A stretch of DNA of 63,990 nucleotides, filler included, from Dimargaris cristalligena (Eukaryota): assembly GCA_003614675.1 (NCBI GenBank). It is 4 parts of 4 records of this genome, joined end to end, with 100 filler letters (N's around TTAATTAATTAA, not from the genome) between each part and the next. Parts side by side here need not be neighbours in the genome. Positions count along the whole stretch, not along the records: positions 33,778 to 50,531 come from ML002833.1; positions 50,632 to 63,990 come from ML002993.1; 2 more parts are not named here. One strand, 5' to 3'. The notes under the pieces were generated by a model, which saw only the letters and a list, made by a program, of their open reading frames with translations, had not been told where the DNA came from and made no database searches. Within the stretch, counting starts at the first letter, position 1. The number at the start of each line of letters is the position of its first letter. Shown piece after piece: positions 38,172 through 51,070 of this stretch. A program made the translations under genes and the position numbers.

Positions 38172-38736
38172 GGCGTACGGCAGCGGTTACTACTGGACTG
38201 GGTGGATGCACCGGGCAATGACGTCGCCTATTACGCAATAGGTAGGGCTGGGGAAAACTATGGGGCTATGTGGGAGACTAAGGACTTCGCTGTATTACTG
38301 GCAGTTCGAAGGAACTGTTAAAGGGCAACTGGGACAATGTAGCGAAGAGTAAGAATATAAGTAAAAGAGAATGGAGAGAAAAGGAATAAAAGAGAGTGTG
38401 TGTGGGGTGGATTGTTCTATACCTTTTGCCTAATGAAAGAGAGGAGGAGTCTCGCCTCCAACCAAGATATCTTGCTATCATCAGGCTTGGCATATATATG
38501 CATACGTAGAATACGCAATCCACTTAATTGGGATAGTTTTGGTGGCGGGGTAACACGTATTTCTTTCCAGCGGGAAGACCTTAAAGAGTGGTAGTATAAA
38601 ATCAATAATTGGTTGGTGGGGTGTATAGGTTGAGGGAGAAATGCCAACTAGTTAGTAGTGGTGAGGGGGGGGATCCTCCTATCCCCTTGACGTAACCCAC
38701 AGCAGGAACGCCCACCACTAAGCCACTCTGCTTCCA

Positions 38737-38766
38737 TCTCTCTCTCTCTCTCTCTATATATATATA
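38737..38766. repeat. Compound (CT)n(AT)n microsatellite
   Basis: TCTCTCTCTCTCTCTCTCTATATATATATA. Confidence 0.85.
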
Positions 38767-40339
38767 ACCCCAGTGTGCTTTCCCGGCTGGCCTCATAAAT
38801 CCCGCAGGCCCCGGAAGGGGGGGCGAGGGATTCTCGATGCGGGCTTGCTCATCACTGGGCGGGTGAGTGCCCGAACTTCTTGTCCTGCTTCCCTTACCAC
38901 TCACTCTACAAGGCTGCAAGACCAGGTGGATTGAACGCGGGGGGATGGCAAAGCAGCGTGTATAATATAATATGCAGAGGGAGGGAGGGACTATGATCAT
39001 TGTGTAAGCCGAGAATATTAATGGGGGGACAGAGAGAAGGAGAGTGAATGGATTGGAAGAAGTCCTCCTCTTCCCCTCCTACCCAGTCAAGCACACCTAA
39101 CTACTAGCTAAGCTAGAGCACCTTTCTGGGAGGGGCAGGCATCATTGGCCCATAGCCTGGCCAGGATTCCCCGGTTTTCGCGGCAGCTGACCCTCAGAAG
39201 GGGGTTTACATTGGCCCGTTTGGTCAGCAAAAGTAACCAACCAACCATACCTACCCCAGTCCCTGTTCGAGTAAGCAACTCCGCACTTATCCGCATAAAC
39301 CTTTCGTCTCGGGCTTTGCTCATCTGCCCTTGGGAGATTCCCTTGACCCTAGCTATAGCTCTCTCCATCTCACCTACCTGTGCACCGGTCCTTTATATTC
39401 ACCCCCTCTATATATTCACTTGCCATTTCCCCCATTTCTTTCGTTAACTCCTCATCCTTCGTGTCCAAGCTCACCAGACCTTGCCTCATCTCCTCAAGTT
39501 TACTGGGCCAATTTCCGTGCTAGTGCTCCCGGTTCCTAAGCCCAACCGTTCTCTCGGGCTTCTTAGTTATATGGCTATGCCTATTTGATGAACCGAGCCC
39601 CTATTGTAATTATCATACTGTCACCGCTTGGGCTACGCGAGCGTACCCCTGAGGCATAACCACTCTAATATTCCATTATTTATCTCTGTTGTCCCTGAGG
39701 TGGTTGGTTACTGCTCGACCCCGCCCCTCCCTTTTATTGACTCCTATTCTTTGACCGATACCCCGAATAAAAAAATACTAGGCCACACCGGTCTCGTCTC
39801 GTTGCCCCTGCCTCTTCTACCTTACCACCCCCTCCAGTGGATATCCCCCTCCCATTCACCGACAGTGTATAGCTCTCGGACACTCCGTTGCGCCAACCCC
39901 ACCACCACTGGCCGGTAAGTCCCCTTCCTCACACTATTTATTTGGGCCGCTGAGAATCCAGTATCCATTCTATTGATTTTGGCCCATATAGAAGTGTCTA
40001 TATGCGTATATTGCCACTGATTCGCCACAAGAAGCCACCCGTTCATTAAATGCGTATAGCGCAGCTATATTTTCAAGGAGGGTGCTATCCTGATCAAGTA
40101 TATGCAAACCCAGGCCTTTGGTCTTCCCGCATAGCCCGCATTCATCCACTGGTATACTTTCCAGGCTGACCTTGGCTATATTCTCTTCCAGTTTCCATAC
40201 ATACTTATATATATATATATATATATCCTGTCTGTTCAACCGCCAACGCATCGTTTTACCCATCGGCCGACTCTTTCATTTCGCTGCTTTTAATTTTTCA
40301 GGTCCGCCTCTTTGGACTCGCTCTAGATTTAGTCTATCT

Positions 40340-40404
40340 TTGTTATTATTATTGTTATTACTATTATTATTAACCATATTACTGTTATATTATTATTGTT
40401 GTTG
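40340..40404. repeat. Imperfect (TTA/TTG)n microsatellite
   Basis: TTGTTATTATTATTGTTATTACTATTATTATT...TATTATTATTGTTGTTG. Confidence 0.8.
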
Positions 40405-41073
40405 CAAAAACTCTCTTGATCTTGCAGCTAGTCGTTTGTGTGTTTGTACGTGTTTGGAGGTGACCGCCGTCTGTACATCTCCTTACTGAACCAGTGCAAT
40501 CGGCCAGCCGGAATCAGTCGCAATACCCCTCGGCCTCGTGCTGAATCATATACACTCTGGCTGCATACACTAGTGCCCTGATACAATATCGGTCTTGCAT
40601 TCGAACTAAACGAGCACACGGGTCCGTTTCTCCTTTCTTCCCTTCTACATTCGCTTTCTCTTTCTCTCTCCCTTTCTCTTCCTCTTTATCCCCTTCCCTC
40701 TCTTCTATTATTATAACCCTGCACTGCTCATTTATTCGGTGATTAGCAGAAGACCAAGCCCTCTTACTCCAACTGTTACTACGGTCCCTATTATTAATTT
40801 GGTGGATCCTTTCTCCCTTCCCCTTTCCCATCCAATCGTGGGTCTCATTCACCTCCAGTATTGATTTTATTATTGGCCCACCTGGTGCTACTGCCCTGTC
40901 TATCCCCCCTTCCCCCCAATACTCAGCTGGCCCAACCACAAGCAGCAACCTCCCACCCAGCTGATACCCCTGTGTGGCCGCGCTAGTCAGTGCGCTGCTC
41001 TCCCTCCGTCACCCTTTCGCCCCACTATATTACTTCGGCCTGCTTCCCTTCTTACTTTTTGTTTTCTCTCGTA

Positions 41074-43866
41074 ATGTCCCAGCGACTCAATCGCATCTAC
41101 TCTTCTTCCAATACGAACATGGCTCGTGCTGCAACGATGGCCGCTGCCCAGGGATTGCCCATGGACCCCGCTCATCGGGGTAGCTATGCGACAAACGGCG
41201 AAACCCGCAGGAGTAAACGCTATTCCGTCAATGCCCTGTACTCCATGGTCGCCGAACAGGATGTTGAAGTCGAAGATGACCTGTCCAAAGGTAAATATCC
41301 AACCCTCCCAATTCGGGGCTAATCTCCTCTCGCCTTTGCCAGTCTACACAGCACTAGCTCTGGCAAATGGGCCTGGTTGCGCGATGCGATACATCCTTAT
41401 TCCTACTGCATTCCTAACCGCCCGAATTCACCTTACTCCTTCCCCTCCCTTCACTTCATTTTCATGGCCTAACCCTCCCCGACCCAACGCTTCACTCCCC
41501 CAGCCCAACGACGCCTTCGCGAGCTCAAAACCAAAATTTCCGTTCAGTCGAAAAAGAACTTCTTGCTCGAAAAAGACGTACGGTTCTTCGACGCCCGGAT
41601 TGCTCTGTTGATTCAGAACCGGATGGCACTGGAAGAAATGCGAGAAATTAATTCGGCTCTGGAGGATACCGTTGTCGACGATTATGTGTTCCCCGAGGAC
41701 CGCCGCATGCAGCTCTACGGAAACCTATTCTTCCTGCTCCAGTCCGAGCCCAAACATATTGCTGCGCTTACTCGCCTAGTCACCCTTAGTGAAATCGATA
41801 CCCTGCTCCAGAGTGTTATGTTCACCATCTTTGGTAACCAGTACGAGTCCCGCGAAGAGCATCTCCTGCTTACTATGTTCCAGCTGGTTCTTTCGGCTCA
41901 GTTTGAAACCGTTACCGAATCCGGGAGTTTACTCCGGGCCAACACCCCCGTGTCACGAATGATGACCACGTATACCCGTCGCGGTCCCGGCCAGGCCTAT
42001 CTCAAAAAGGTCATCTCCCACGAAATTAACAGCATTTTGACCCGGGGCGACCTCAATCTGGAGATTAACCCCCTCAAGGTGTATGATGAGCTCCGGCAGG
42101 AACTTGAGGCCCAGGGCATTGATCCTGACGACACGTACCCGCGCGGCATCACTATGGAAACCGCCATGCAGCACCCTCAAGTGCAGGCCATTGTGCAGCC
42201 CCGCGCCGTGCAGCTCATGGAAATCGCCGGTCGGTTCCTACATGTCATCTTTGAGCAAATCGACCAAGTGCCTTATGGTATCCGTTGGATTTGTAAGCAA
42301 ATTCGGTCACTGACGAAGCGGCGCTACCCGAACTGGCAGGAATTCAACATCTCCTCCCTCATTGGCGGCTTCTTCTTCCTCCGGTTTTTGAATCCGGCCA
42401 TCGTCACCCCGCATGCCTACATGCTCGTGGAAGAGTCTCCCAATAAGAACCCCCGCCGTACCCTCACTCTGGTAGCAAAGTTACTGCAGAATTTGGCCAA
42501 TAAGGCGAGTTTTTCCAAGGAACCGTATATGATGATGCTCAATCCTTTCATCGATCGCAACAATGATCGCATCAATCGATTCTTCAACGACCTTTGTGAA
42601 GTAGGCGACTTTTACGAATCGCTGGAGATGGACCAGTACATGGCTTTGACCAAGAAGGACCTGTCCCTGAACATCACCCTCAACGAAATGTACAATACCC
42701 ACGCCCTCCTCGTCCAGCACCAGGAGGCCCTGGCCCCCAGCAAAGACTCTCACTTGCGCATTTGTCTTGACGATCTGGGTCCCGCGCCGGTAGCCCTGCC
42801 CCGGTCCGAAAACCTCGCCCTCGAACTTCCCCTGTTTAGTCGCTGGGAAACCCCCATCAACGTGGATTTGACCACCCTTAGCGGCGAGAGTACCGTCACC
42901 CAGAACGATATCCTGTTTATGGACACCAAGGCCCTGTTTATCCAACTTATCCGGTCTATGGCCCATTTCCCCGGCATGAACCTCGATTTTGTCCGGCACG
43001 GTGGTGCGGGCGCCAATGGTCACCCTGGAAGTGGCGATACGGGCTATATTGCTCGACAGGCCAATCGACTCGACCTCGACGGTATCGCTGATGTGGCGGC
43101 CACTTCCAGCGACCCCATTCTCGTTCGTAAGGGTATCAAGGTCCGTGAGATGCTCCGCGAATTGACCGAGGCCGGTGTGGTGGACCGACGGGACGGCTAC
43201 CAGCTTATGCTTGAAGAATTGGGCCAAGAGTTAGTTCACTTGGGCAGCATACGGGACACCGTTTACGCCGAAATTACCTCGCTTGACGCCGTATTCAAGA
43301 CCATTTGCGACCATAACCAGTATCTGAACTCGCAGTTGGAATCATACAAGGCCTATTTGCAGAATGTCCGGAGTCAGGCCACCACCGGGGATAGTGCCGG
43401 TGCAGGCAACGTAGCCCTCCAAAGTAATTCGACCGGTAAACGGCGCGGAGGTTTGGGCGGCGTAGTTGGCGGTGGAGGAGGTGCAGGCGGAAGCCACGGT
43501 GCCAGTAGCGGTGGAATGGCGGGTGCCGAACACGGTCACGGCCACCACGGCAAGAAAACGGCTCCCCCTCCGAGCTTCAAGTTCACCCACCTGCTTCTCG
43601 AAAAGGAAGGGGTCATTGCCGAAAGCAATGTCCCTGACGCCCGCAAAGCCAATATTTACTTCCAAATCATATCCCCGCACCCGGGTTCCTTCGTGATTCT
43701 TCTTTTCTTCAAAGGCCGAGAGAGTCCCATTTTGGAAATGGAACTGACTTTGGACGACCTGTTGGAGAAGCAGCAGGACAATATTCAGCTGCTGGATTTA
43801 GAATATGTACAGCTGAATGTCGGACGGCTATTGAATCTGCTTAACCGTAACTTTTTGCGGCGCTAA
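41074..43866 (+). CDS. Ras GTPase-activating protein, S. pombe Gap1/Sar1-type (RasGAP plus RasGAP_C); exons 41074-41290 and 41504-43866
   Basis: GNQYESREEHLLL, SLLRANT, RRGPGQAYL, LEINPLKVY, VPYGIRWICKQI, RasGAP signature GFFFLRFLNPAI, LTLVAKLLQNLANK. Intron 41291-41503 is in frame (DDLSK|AQRRLRELK). Confidence 0.93.
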
Positions 43867-44902
43867 ATTATAAGTGCTTGGTAGTTCCGTCTCGGATCGT
43901 TTCCTATACATTATCGATCCTTATTCCTAAATAATTGTTTGTTTGTGTTTGTTTTTTTAGCTTTTGTGTTTTGCCGTGGCTTCCTTGGTAATTTATCTTT
44001 TGGTCCAGTCACTAATATCAATCATGTTGGTTTCTTTTTAATCTTAATCTGAATGTTGTTAACATGTTTGTAGTTCCATGTTTATGCATCTGTATCTTTT
44101 ACCAGTATATACATGAAACCTCATAATATTATACATATAGAGATATATATGTTTACAAGTGCCGTTTTATATAGCCTGTTATTACCATCCCGGCCGGATA
44201 GGCATTTCCGCTGAAATTATCTTATAGAGCGTTTGCTCTACGGAAGGGGTTCCCCCCCCTCCCTTTGTCCCATCCCCTCACTCGTATATTTTTTATTATT
44301 ACACCATTAGGTTATTTTTGATGACTCTACTATTCCCGCCTTCATATATCCAATATCCACCCATTACACCCACTCCACTACTACTGATCTTCATACCCCC
44401 TATTAGTTCTAATAGGAATATCTTTTTTAATATAGTTTGCTTTGTTTCGTTTTGGCCCTTTTTTTTGGATCATTTTGCTGAGTTTTTGATAGGTTTGCCT
44501 TTATTTTTTGTGTTTTCGTTTTTTAAGTGTAAAGTCTGCTTATGTATATACATATTTCATTTTCAAATGCCTGTTTACCTCTAGTATAGTAGTTGCAGCC
44601 GTGCTTTTATACTAGTGATAACATACACAGCTTATTTATCGTTTATTGGATAAGACGAAAACGGCTTGTTCAAACTTTTAAAAGTGCATTGTGCAGGGTT
44701 TTATCCTTTAGTATCACTCGTGAAGTCCTGGGACATTAGTAGACTAGTGAATATAGAATCTCATTTTATGAGGGGGGGATGCTCTATTTAGCTGCCAAAC
44801 AATCGAAGCCAAGACGTATTTGGGGGGATAGTATTAATTTTGTGCCTAGCTACTAGAAATAGAGAGGTGCGTAGAACTTGAGGGGAAGGAGGTGGATTCA
44901 GT

Positions 44903-46088
44903 TTACGAAGACCGATTTAGAAAATCTGGATTATATTTTAATTTACGATCCAAATTACGGTACCATTCCTCGAACGCTTTCAAAGGAATTGATTGACCAT
45001 TCCCTCGACTTGGCTGACTCCCCCCAGGTGAAAATAATGATGTCGATAATGGTGATGGTGCTAAGGGTGATACTAATGATGATGATGATGATTTTGGTGG
45101 TAATGAATGATTCAAACCGAAAGGGGGGTTATTGGACCCAACCGATGTGGAAGGGCTGGGTTCGGAGGCGACGAAGGAAGTCACGAAATTATATAAGTTT
45201 TCCATCACTTTCTTCACTACCGTGGCAGTCGTCACTTTCCCCGGGGGTGGTGGTTGATGCCAAGCCACCACGGCGTTGGTAGAGGAGGCTGAAGCTGCGG
45301 GAGGGTGGATTTGGGCGTACTGGGCTTCTACGGACGACTGGGGTTCGATAGAAATACCCAGAATGGCGGGGACAGAGGTCGGGGCCGTTGGGCTCGAGGT
45401 GGAATGGGTTGTATCGTTCGTCATCATCATTGAGTCGTCCGCTGGGGCAGGGTGGCCTTCGTTGGTACTATTGGAGCTGTGGTTGCGAACGCGGAACACT
45501 GCGCTTGGTTTTTGGTTGGATAGCCTATACGCGGGTATATTGGTAGGTGGATATTTTTAGAAATTTCTGGTGATTAACAAAAGTCGATAATGGGTCAGAA
45601 TGGATTTAGAAAGGTATTTTTCTATATCTCTCTCTCGGGTAGATAATAAAGGGATGTATATATGAACTTACATGCCCAGCATCTGCCATGGCTGACTTCC
45701 GCCGCCGGGCCATTGGAAATGTACAGTAGCGGCGAAGCCAGTCTCGAACGGAATGGTGCCCAGTAAAAACACGACAATGTGATTAACGGTGGCCGGGTCA
45801 GCTAATTCAAACACGTATTTGTTAACGTCTACTTGTTGGAGATTGGTTTGGACCTACGGTATCAAGACCAATGGTTGGTTAACGAGGTATATATATATAC
45901 TGTATACGACGGTGTTAGTGGGGGGAGGGGTGCAAGTAACCGAGCCTTCCACAGTGGACGACAATGGCTTTCACAATTAACCTATATAGAAGTGGGTGGT
46001 CAAGGGGGGGTGGAGAGATTTAGGTAGACCTATCAGGCCAGTTGGATGGCGAACTTACCAAACGGCCGGCAACGATGCAGCCGAACAT
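44903..46088 (-). CDS. OPI10: Hikeshi / OPI10 family (DUF775); exons 46088-46059, 45853-45672, 45524-44903
   Basis: Spliced N-terminus MFGCIVAGRL|VQTNLQQVDVNKYVF..VNHIVVFLLGTIPF..WQMLGM|LSNQKPSAVFR, then LGISIEP, ENLYNFVTSF, IPLKAFEEWY..DFL. Both introns are GTAAGT-AG and in phase. Confidence 0.92.
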
Positions 46089-47487
46089 GATATTAGCTAG
46101 AATGCGAATACAGCGAAGGGGGAACGCTGAAGTAGGTGATCGTTGTACGCGCGAGGGATTCGACCCGTCAAGAGTCTAGAAATGAATATACAGCAACTGC
46201 GGGGCCTATAAAATACCCAGGGAGTAGTTTTTCAGTCAAATAGGGCAACCGAATAAGCCAATGCCAAATAAGAAGGAGAAAGGAGTAGTAGTGTGGAATT
46301 CTACTAGGTAGAGCTTGTCAATGAATGAACGGAAGAGAGAGTGGAGTGGAGTGGAATGGAATGGGGAAATACGTAGCAGGGCTCACTACTTGTGCGCCTG
46401 TATTGAAGAGGAGGGAAAAGAGGGCACGCCAGATGCTATGTGGTGTGGAGTGGAGTAAAGTACGGGGCGGGTTGGATGTTCTAGTAAGTTCGATGTGGAA
46501 CAAGGTGGGATTGTGGGCGGATTCTTTCGCACATACTGTTTTACTAGCACACATTTTCCCATACATCATATATAGTAGTCACACTGGTAGATATATATGT
46601 ATACTCTTTACTACTCTTACTAATATCCTTGTTGACTCTTCGCCAAACTATACCGATTACTCGATACTACTTTCCCGTCTAGCTTGCTATGATCTTTTCT
46701 AGACCGGATTACAGGTCAGGTCTTATAAGGTCTACCACACCCAAGGATCAATTTCACCAAATGTGGGCCAAACAGACGAAATGTAATGAAACCCCGAAAA
46801 TCCACTGAAAAACCATCAATATATGGACATGCCCCTTACATTGTTAAATACAAATGAAGGGATGGAAATCTCGGTGGCCTCAACGGGCAATGACTCCCCC
46901 CTGGCTTAGGAAGGCCTGGAGGGGGATCCCTTTACTAAAAATTAAAAGGACCTATTCTACTTGTTAAGCACCAAGTAGATTAAAGACCATCTAGTAGGAA
47001 TGGTGTGATATTCCTATAAATAAGGCCGAGTAAGTATGCCATCTATTAGTCCACCACTATCTATCGATTAATAATCTCTCCGCCAAAGCCTCGCTACGTC
47101 ATCACACTCGGCGGCACAAGGAGGATGGCTGATGATCGAACTTGCCCATGCCGCCGCCGCAGCAGGCATTTATCCTCCTCCCATTACCAATCAAGTACGC
47201 TCCCCTTAATAATCCACCCCCTCTTAATACCTCCCACTCTAACCGATCTGATAAACCAATATAACGAATTCGGCTGATGTCCCACCCCTCTCCTCTTTCA
47301 CCTGAAAAATTAAGCTATTTAGCCAGCCTGGTATCCTCTCCTCTTTGTTTTGTACCCTTCATTATTCTCTCCCATTTTTTATAATATCTGCTACTACATT
47401 TTTTTATTCCTGGTCCCCTGCATTGCCGTACCCCTCTCACCCCTCATTTCTTTTTACCCCACCCAATACTTAACCAATCAACCAGTC

Positions 47488-47811
47488 ATGTCGCGTGTCG
47501 CCTTGGAAAAGGTGAATCAGCTCATCGCCGCCAACCAGGTCATGGTTTTCTCCAAGTCCTACTGCCCCTACTGCAAACGCGCCAAAGACGCTCTGAAACA
47601 AGTGCGCGCCCATTTCCAAGTCGTGGAGCTGGACCAGGTCCCCGACGGCCAGGACATGCAGGACGCCCTCCTGGCGAAAACGAAGCAGCGCACCGTGCCC
47701 AATATCTTCGTTGAACAGAAGCATCTCGGGGGCTGTGACGATCTGCTTGCCGCCATCGCTAGCAACGAGCTGCAGAACATCATCGACCCCTCGCGTAAGG
47801 GACGTCGGTAA
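47488..47811 (+). CDS. Dithiol glutaredoxin (CPYC)
   Basis: VMVFSKSYCPYC, QRTVPNIFV, HLGGCDDL. Confidence 0.95.
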   Translation: MSRVALEKVNQLIAANQVMVFSKSYCPYCKRAKDALKQVRAHFQVVELDQVPDGQDMQDALLAKTKQRTVPNIFVEQKHLGGCDDLLAAIASNELQNIIDPSRKGRR

Positions 47812-49390
47812 GCAGCGGCCCACCCTACACCTGGTACAGAGTGGAAGGGTGTGTGTGCGTGGGCTATCCCCGCTTCTTTCTATCCCTCCGGGAAGACGCC
47901 ATCGAGACCTGTGTGTGACCTCCTCCCCCGCCCCGCCCCAGCCATCTTAATACCACCCCCCTCCTTTACTTCTCAATCCCTATACCCCCCATGCCGAGTT
48001 TAATGCACCCTTCCTGATGATTTATGTGAGCGCAATGGCATCATAATATTGACGGGTTGACTGAGGTATGCTGCCTTGGAGGCGGGATAGCTATGTCCCA
48101 CCGGATTTTTCGAATTACTCTTCCACCTGCCTCCTTTCTGTTTAGCACCTGAAATATGTTTATACTTGATATTTCCGACCCCTAAGTTTTGATGTCAATA
48201 AACAATGTTAATGTTATTCAACCAGAGTTGTCCGAGGAGCTATTAGGTCTTTTAATACATCTATTTCTTAACAGGTATCCCCAATGTCTAGGAGCTTGTC
48301 AATATAGATAGGATGGCGAGACGACCTAGGAGAGGGTGTTAAGAAATGGTAATTTAATACAGGGTGGACACACTCATGATCCCAGTTACTACACCACTCT
48401 AGCTCCTAAACATATCGAATAAAATATACATTTGGTTCATATTTACCAAGTAGATTCACTACTATTCCAGATCAACTTTGTCTGGTTATACCAAGAATCT
48501 ATGGTAGGTACTTTCTTCCATCCGAATTGACGAATGTCCCCAGACAGAGTCCATTAATGGCAACAAAGGCCCAAGTACCCCGGTGTGTACATTTGCAATT
48601 GAAACAGCTATGGGGGCACCACTTAATCCCGGATTATCCTATTTGGGCATTCACTCATGGAGGTGCGCCATTAATGGATACTTGTACGATTCTCCTCATC
48701 GCGATACTATACTCGCATACTGCTGAATGTAAATATTTCAACATCCTAATCTGTGCGTCTCAACCCCCCCCCCTCCTCACCTTAGAAATCAAGAACCGAA
48801 GTGGCATCGTTTGGTCAAGTTCGAAACCTGCATCTCGTATGGTGGCGACACCCCCATCATCCACCGTACTTGGCCTTTAAGTCCCTGTTGGTAACCCACG
48901 CTATATATCCCTAAATAGCAACAACCCCCACTTTCATTTGAACAGGTGCTTTGAGTTTATCATAATGTGCTATCACTTCCATCATCAGCCTGGTCTGCGA
49001 TTATTCGCTTTAAGTGTCCAGCCCCTTGGGCAATATCCCCGCATCTGATACATCATCAAGTTATTTTACGGGCTGGAGACTGATTTATGAAAAGGTGCCT
49101 CAAGACAGCGAAGGGTTTGCATCCAGAGGGGTTGGTGGACAAAATGTAATGATTTCCCAATTCAACTTATTTGTTTCTACTAATGTTGATTGGACCATAC
49201 GAACCGAGACACTGTTTGGACATAAACCTTGTTAAATTACAGCAACTAGCATTAGGGCTTTATTGGTTGAATCTATATCCTCCATTAAACCCAGTAGAGG
49301 GGGGCATCCCCTAGTTCATGAAAAAAATATTACAGTGTCAGTATTTATTTAAGAGGGTTTATTGATATAGTGCCAATTAGTGACAGAGTA

Positions 49391-50100
49391 TCATGGATGG
49401 TATTTTTTCTTGTGGACCTTAAGACTATCTTTGCGACCTAATACACTTTCACATAAGTTACAGGGATAGTGAATCTTACCTGAGTGATTTTTCAAATGTT
49501 CTTCATAACAGAATTTCCCAGCAAATTTCCGATTACACCTACCACACATATATGGTTTCTGGATACCATGCCATTTATAGTAGAGAGTCCAGTCTTTAAT
49601 GTAAAGAAATATATCACCAAATAACTCACAGACATAAGCATTTTTTTTTTGGTGTGTGTTCTGAAATGACCACTGAGGAGCCATTTCTCAAATTTATTAT
49701 GCCTGATGGGGTTTTGCTTCCTAAAATCCCTCACTTGTTGATAGTATGGGCTTCCCTTTTCCCTCCACAGGCTTGGGTTGTCGGGATCCCAAAGGTTTCC
49801 CAATGTGGTCAAAGAGTGCTGGACCAGGGAAGACACTCTCACCATTATTATTAGCACTGTTAGCATCACTACCCTTATCACTTGATTGGGAACCACTATC
49901 CACCAGTGAGGGAATGGGCTTGTCTGACAGGTGGTGCTTTGGTGGTATAAACTGGGGAGTGGGGATTAACTGGCCCAAATCCTTGGCTATGTGAATGTCC
50001 TTGAGGGACTAACTGTTTTCAAAGCTTTTAATTCTCTGAGACAGCTGGAAAGGATCAAGTTCACCCAAGCTGGGGGTTCCATAGTCCTGCACAGAGCCAT
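49391..50100 (-). pseudogene. C2H2 zinc-finger protein gene, probably pseudogenised
   Basis: Two intact fingers (CGRCNRKF..HLKNH; CNLCESVL..HKKKYH) and one degenerate finger (VCELFGDIF..YYKWH). Upstream ORF 49978-49721 is in the same frame but separated by TAG, TAA, TAA, TGA. Lies in a CpG-depleted block. Confidence 0.65.
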
Positions 50101-50531
50101 GGCTAAGGGTAGCAGTAACTAGAGTAAGTAAACCAGTTAAGCTTAGTGTAGTGAACTTACCACATTTTTACCTACTTTTATTTTTTATCTATTTTTTGCA
50201 CTTATCCGAAGTACACCCCTGACGAGTGAATAAGCCCCTGCCCCTACCCCTGATGAGTATAGTCATTTTTCCTCCATTTTCATTAGTATAGTATTTCTTC
50301 TATTAGTATATTATATACCCTTGACTATGATACACCCCTACCCCTGGCTGGACTGTACCCCTGTATTCACACTACCCCTGGCCCAACTGTGCCCCTATTC
50401 AAAGTACAGTTAAAAATAGTTTTCTCTTTTTCCCTTTTTCCCTTCTATTATTTCACATTGAATTTATTGGTTACCCGAGTATTACCTATCCTTTGTAATG
50501 ACTAATATTATTGTCTGGGAACTCCCCTCCC

Positions 50532-50631
50532 NNNNNNNNNNNNNNNNNNNNNNNNNNNNNNNNNNNNNNNNNNNNTTAATTAATTAANNNNNNNNNNNNN
50601 NNNNNNNNNNNNNNNNNNNNNNNNNNNNNNN
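50532..50631. other. Artificial assembly linker N44-TTAATTAATTAA-N44
   Basis: Same 100-nt spacer. Confidence 0.97.
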
Positions 50632-50693
50632 TCGGTTACAAAGCGGCCGGAGCTGGCATCAAGATGCTCCGAGAGAATAAGAAGAAGAACTAG
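50632..50693 (+). CDS. 3' end of a second secreted cationic-peptide precursor (5' part lost at contig edge)
   Basis: Reads GYKAAGAGIKMLRENKKKN*, paralogous to GYKAAGAGIDKLRETKKD* at 56648-56706. Confidence 0.8.
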
Positions 50694-51070
50694 CCCAGCG
50701 ACAATTGTTCGGCTAACCCAGCTTAGTCAATAACGGTTGATTGCCAACAGTATGCCAAACTTCTTTGTATAGGAAAAACTATAGTATCGCTGTAACACCC
50801 TGGATATCTATATTATTCGGTGTTCTCAAGGACTGATGTATCATTTTAGTATCCATTCGCTTTCTTTATTTTTTCTTGTAAATTTGTATATCGGGTAACC
50901 GCCACAGCTTGATTGCCCACTGCCTGACTTAGCACATGTAAATCACAACTTCCTTATAAAATTTAGTGTTTAGTCAACTCACTCCTTGGAATCACAATGT
51001 ATCTAGTAAGGCACTCTAGTGATATTTGGTAAATTTATACGTAGTTATAGTTGCTACTTTGAACAGAGGC
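50632..51070 (+). repeat. ~440-bp inverted duplication of 56270-56706
   Basis: AGTCAATAACGGTTGATTGCCAACAGTATGCCAAACTTCTTTGTATAGGAAAAACTATAGTATCGCTGTAACACCCTGGA is identical in reverse complement; similarity decays distally. Confidence 0.92.

Noticed and set aside
46140-46180. tRNA-like GGGTCGAATCCC on the minus strand
   Set aside because: Non-canonical T-loop and no cloverleaf; lies in the Hikeshi 5' region.
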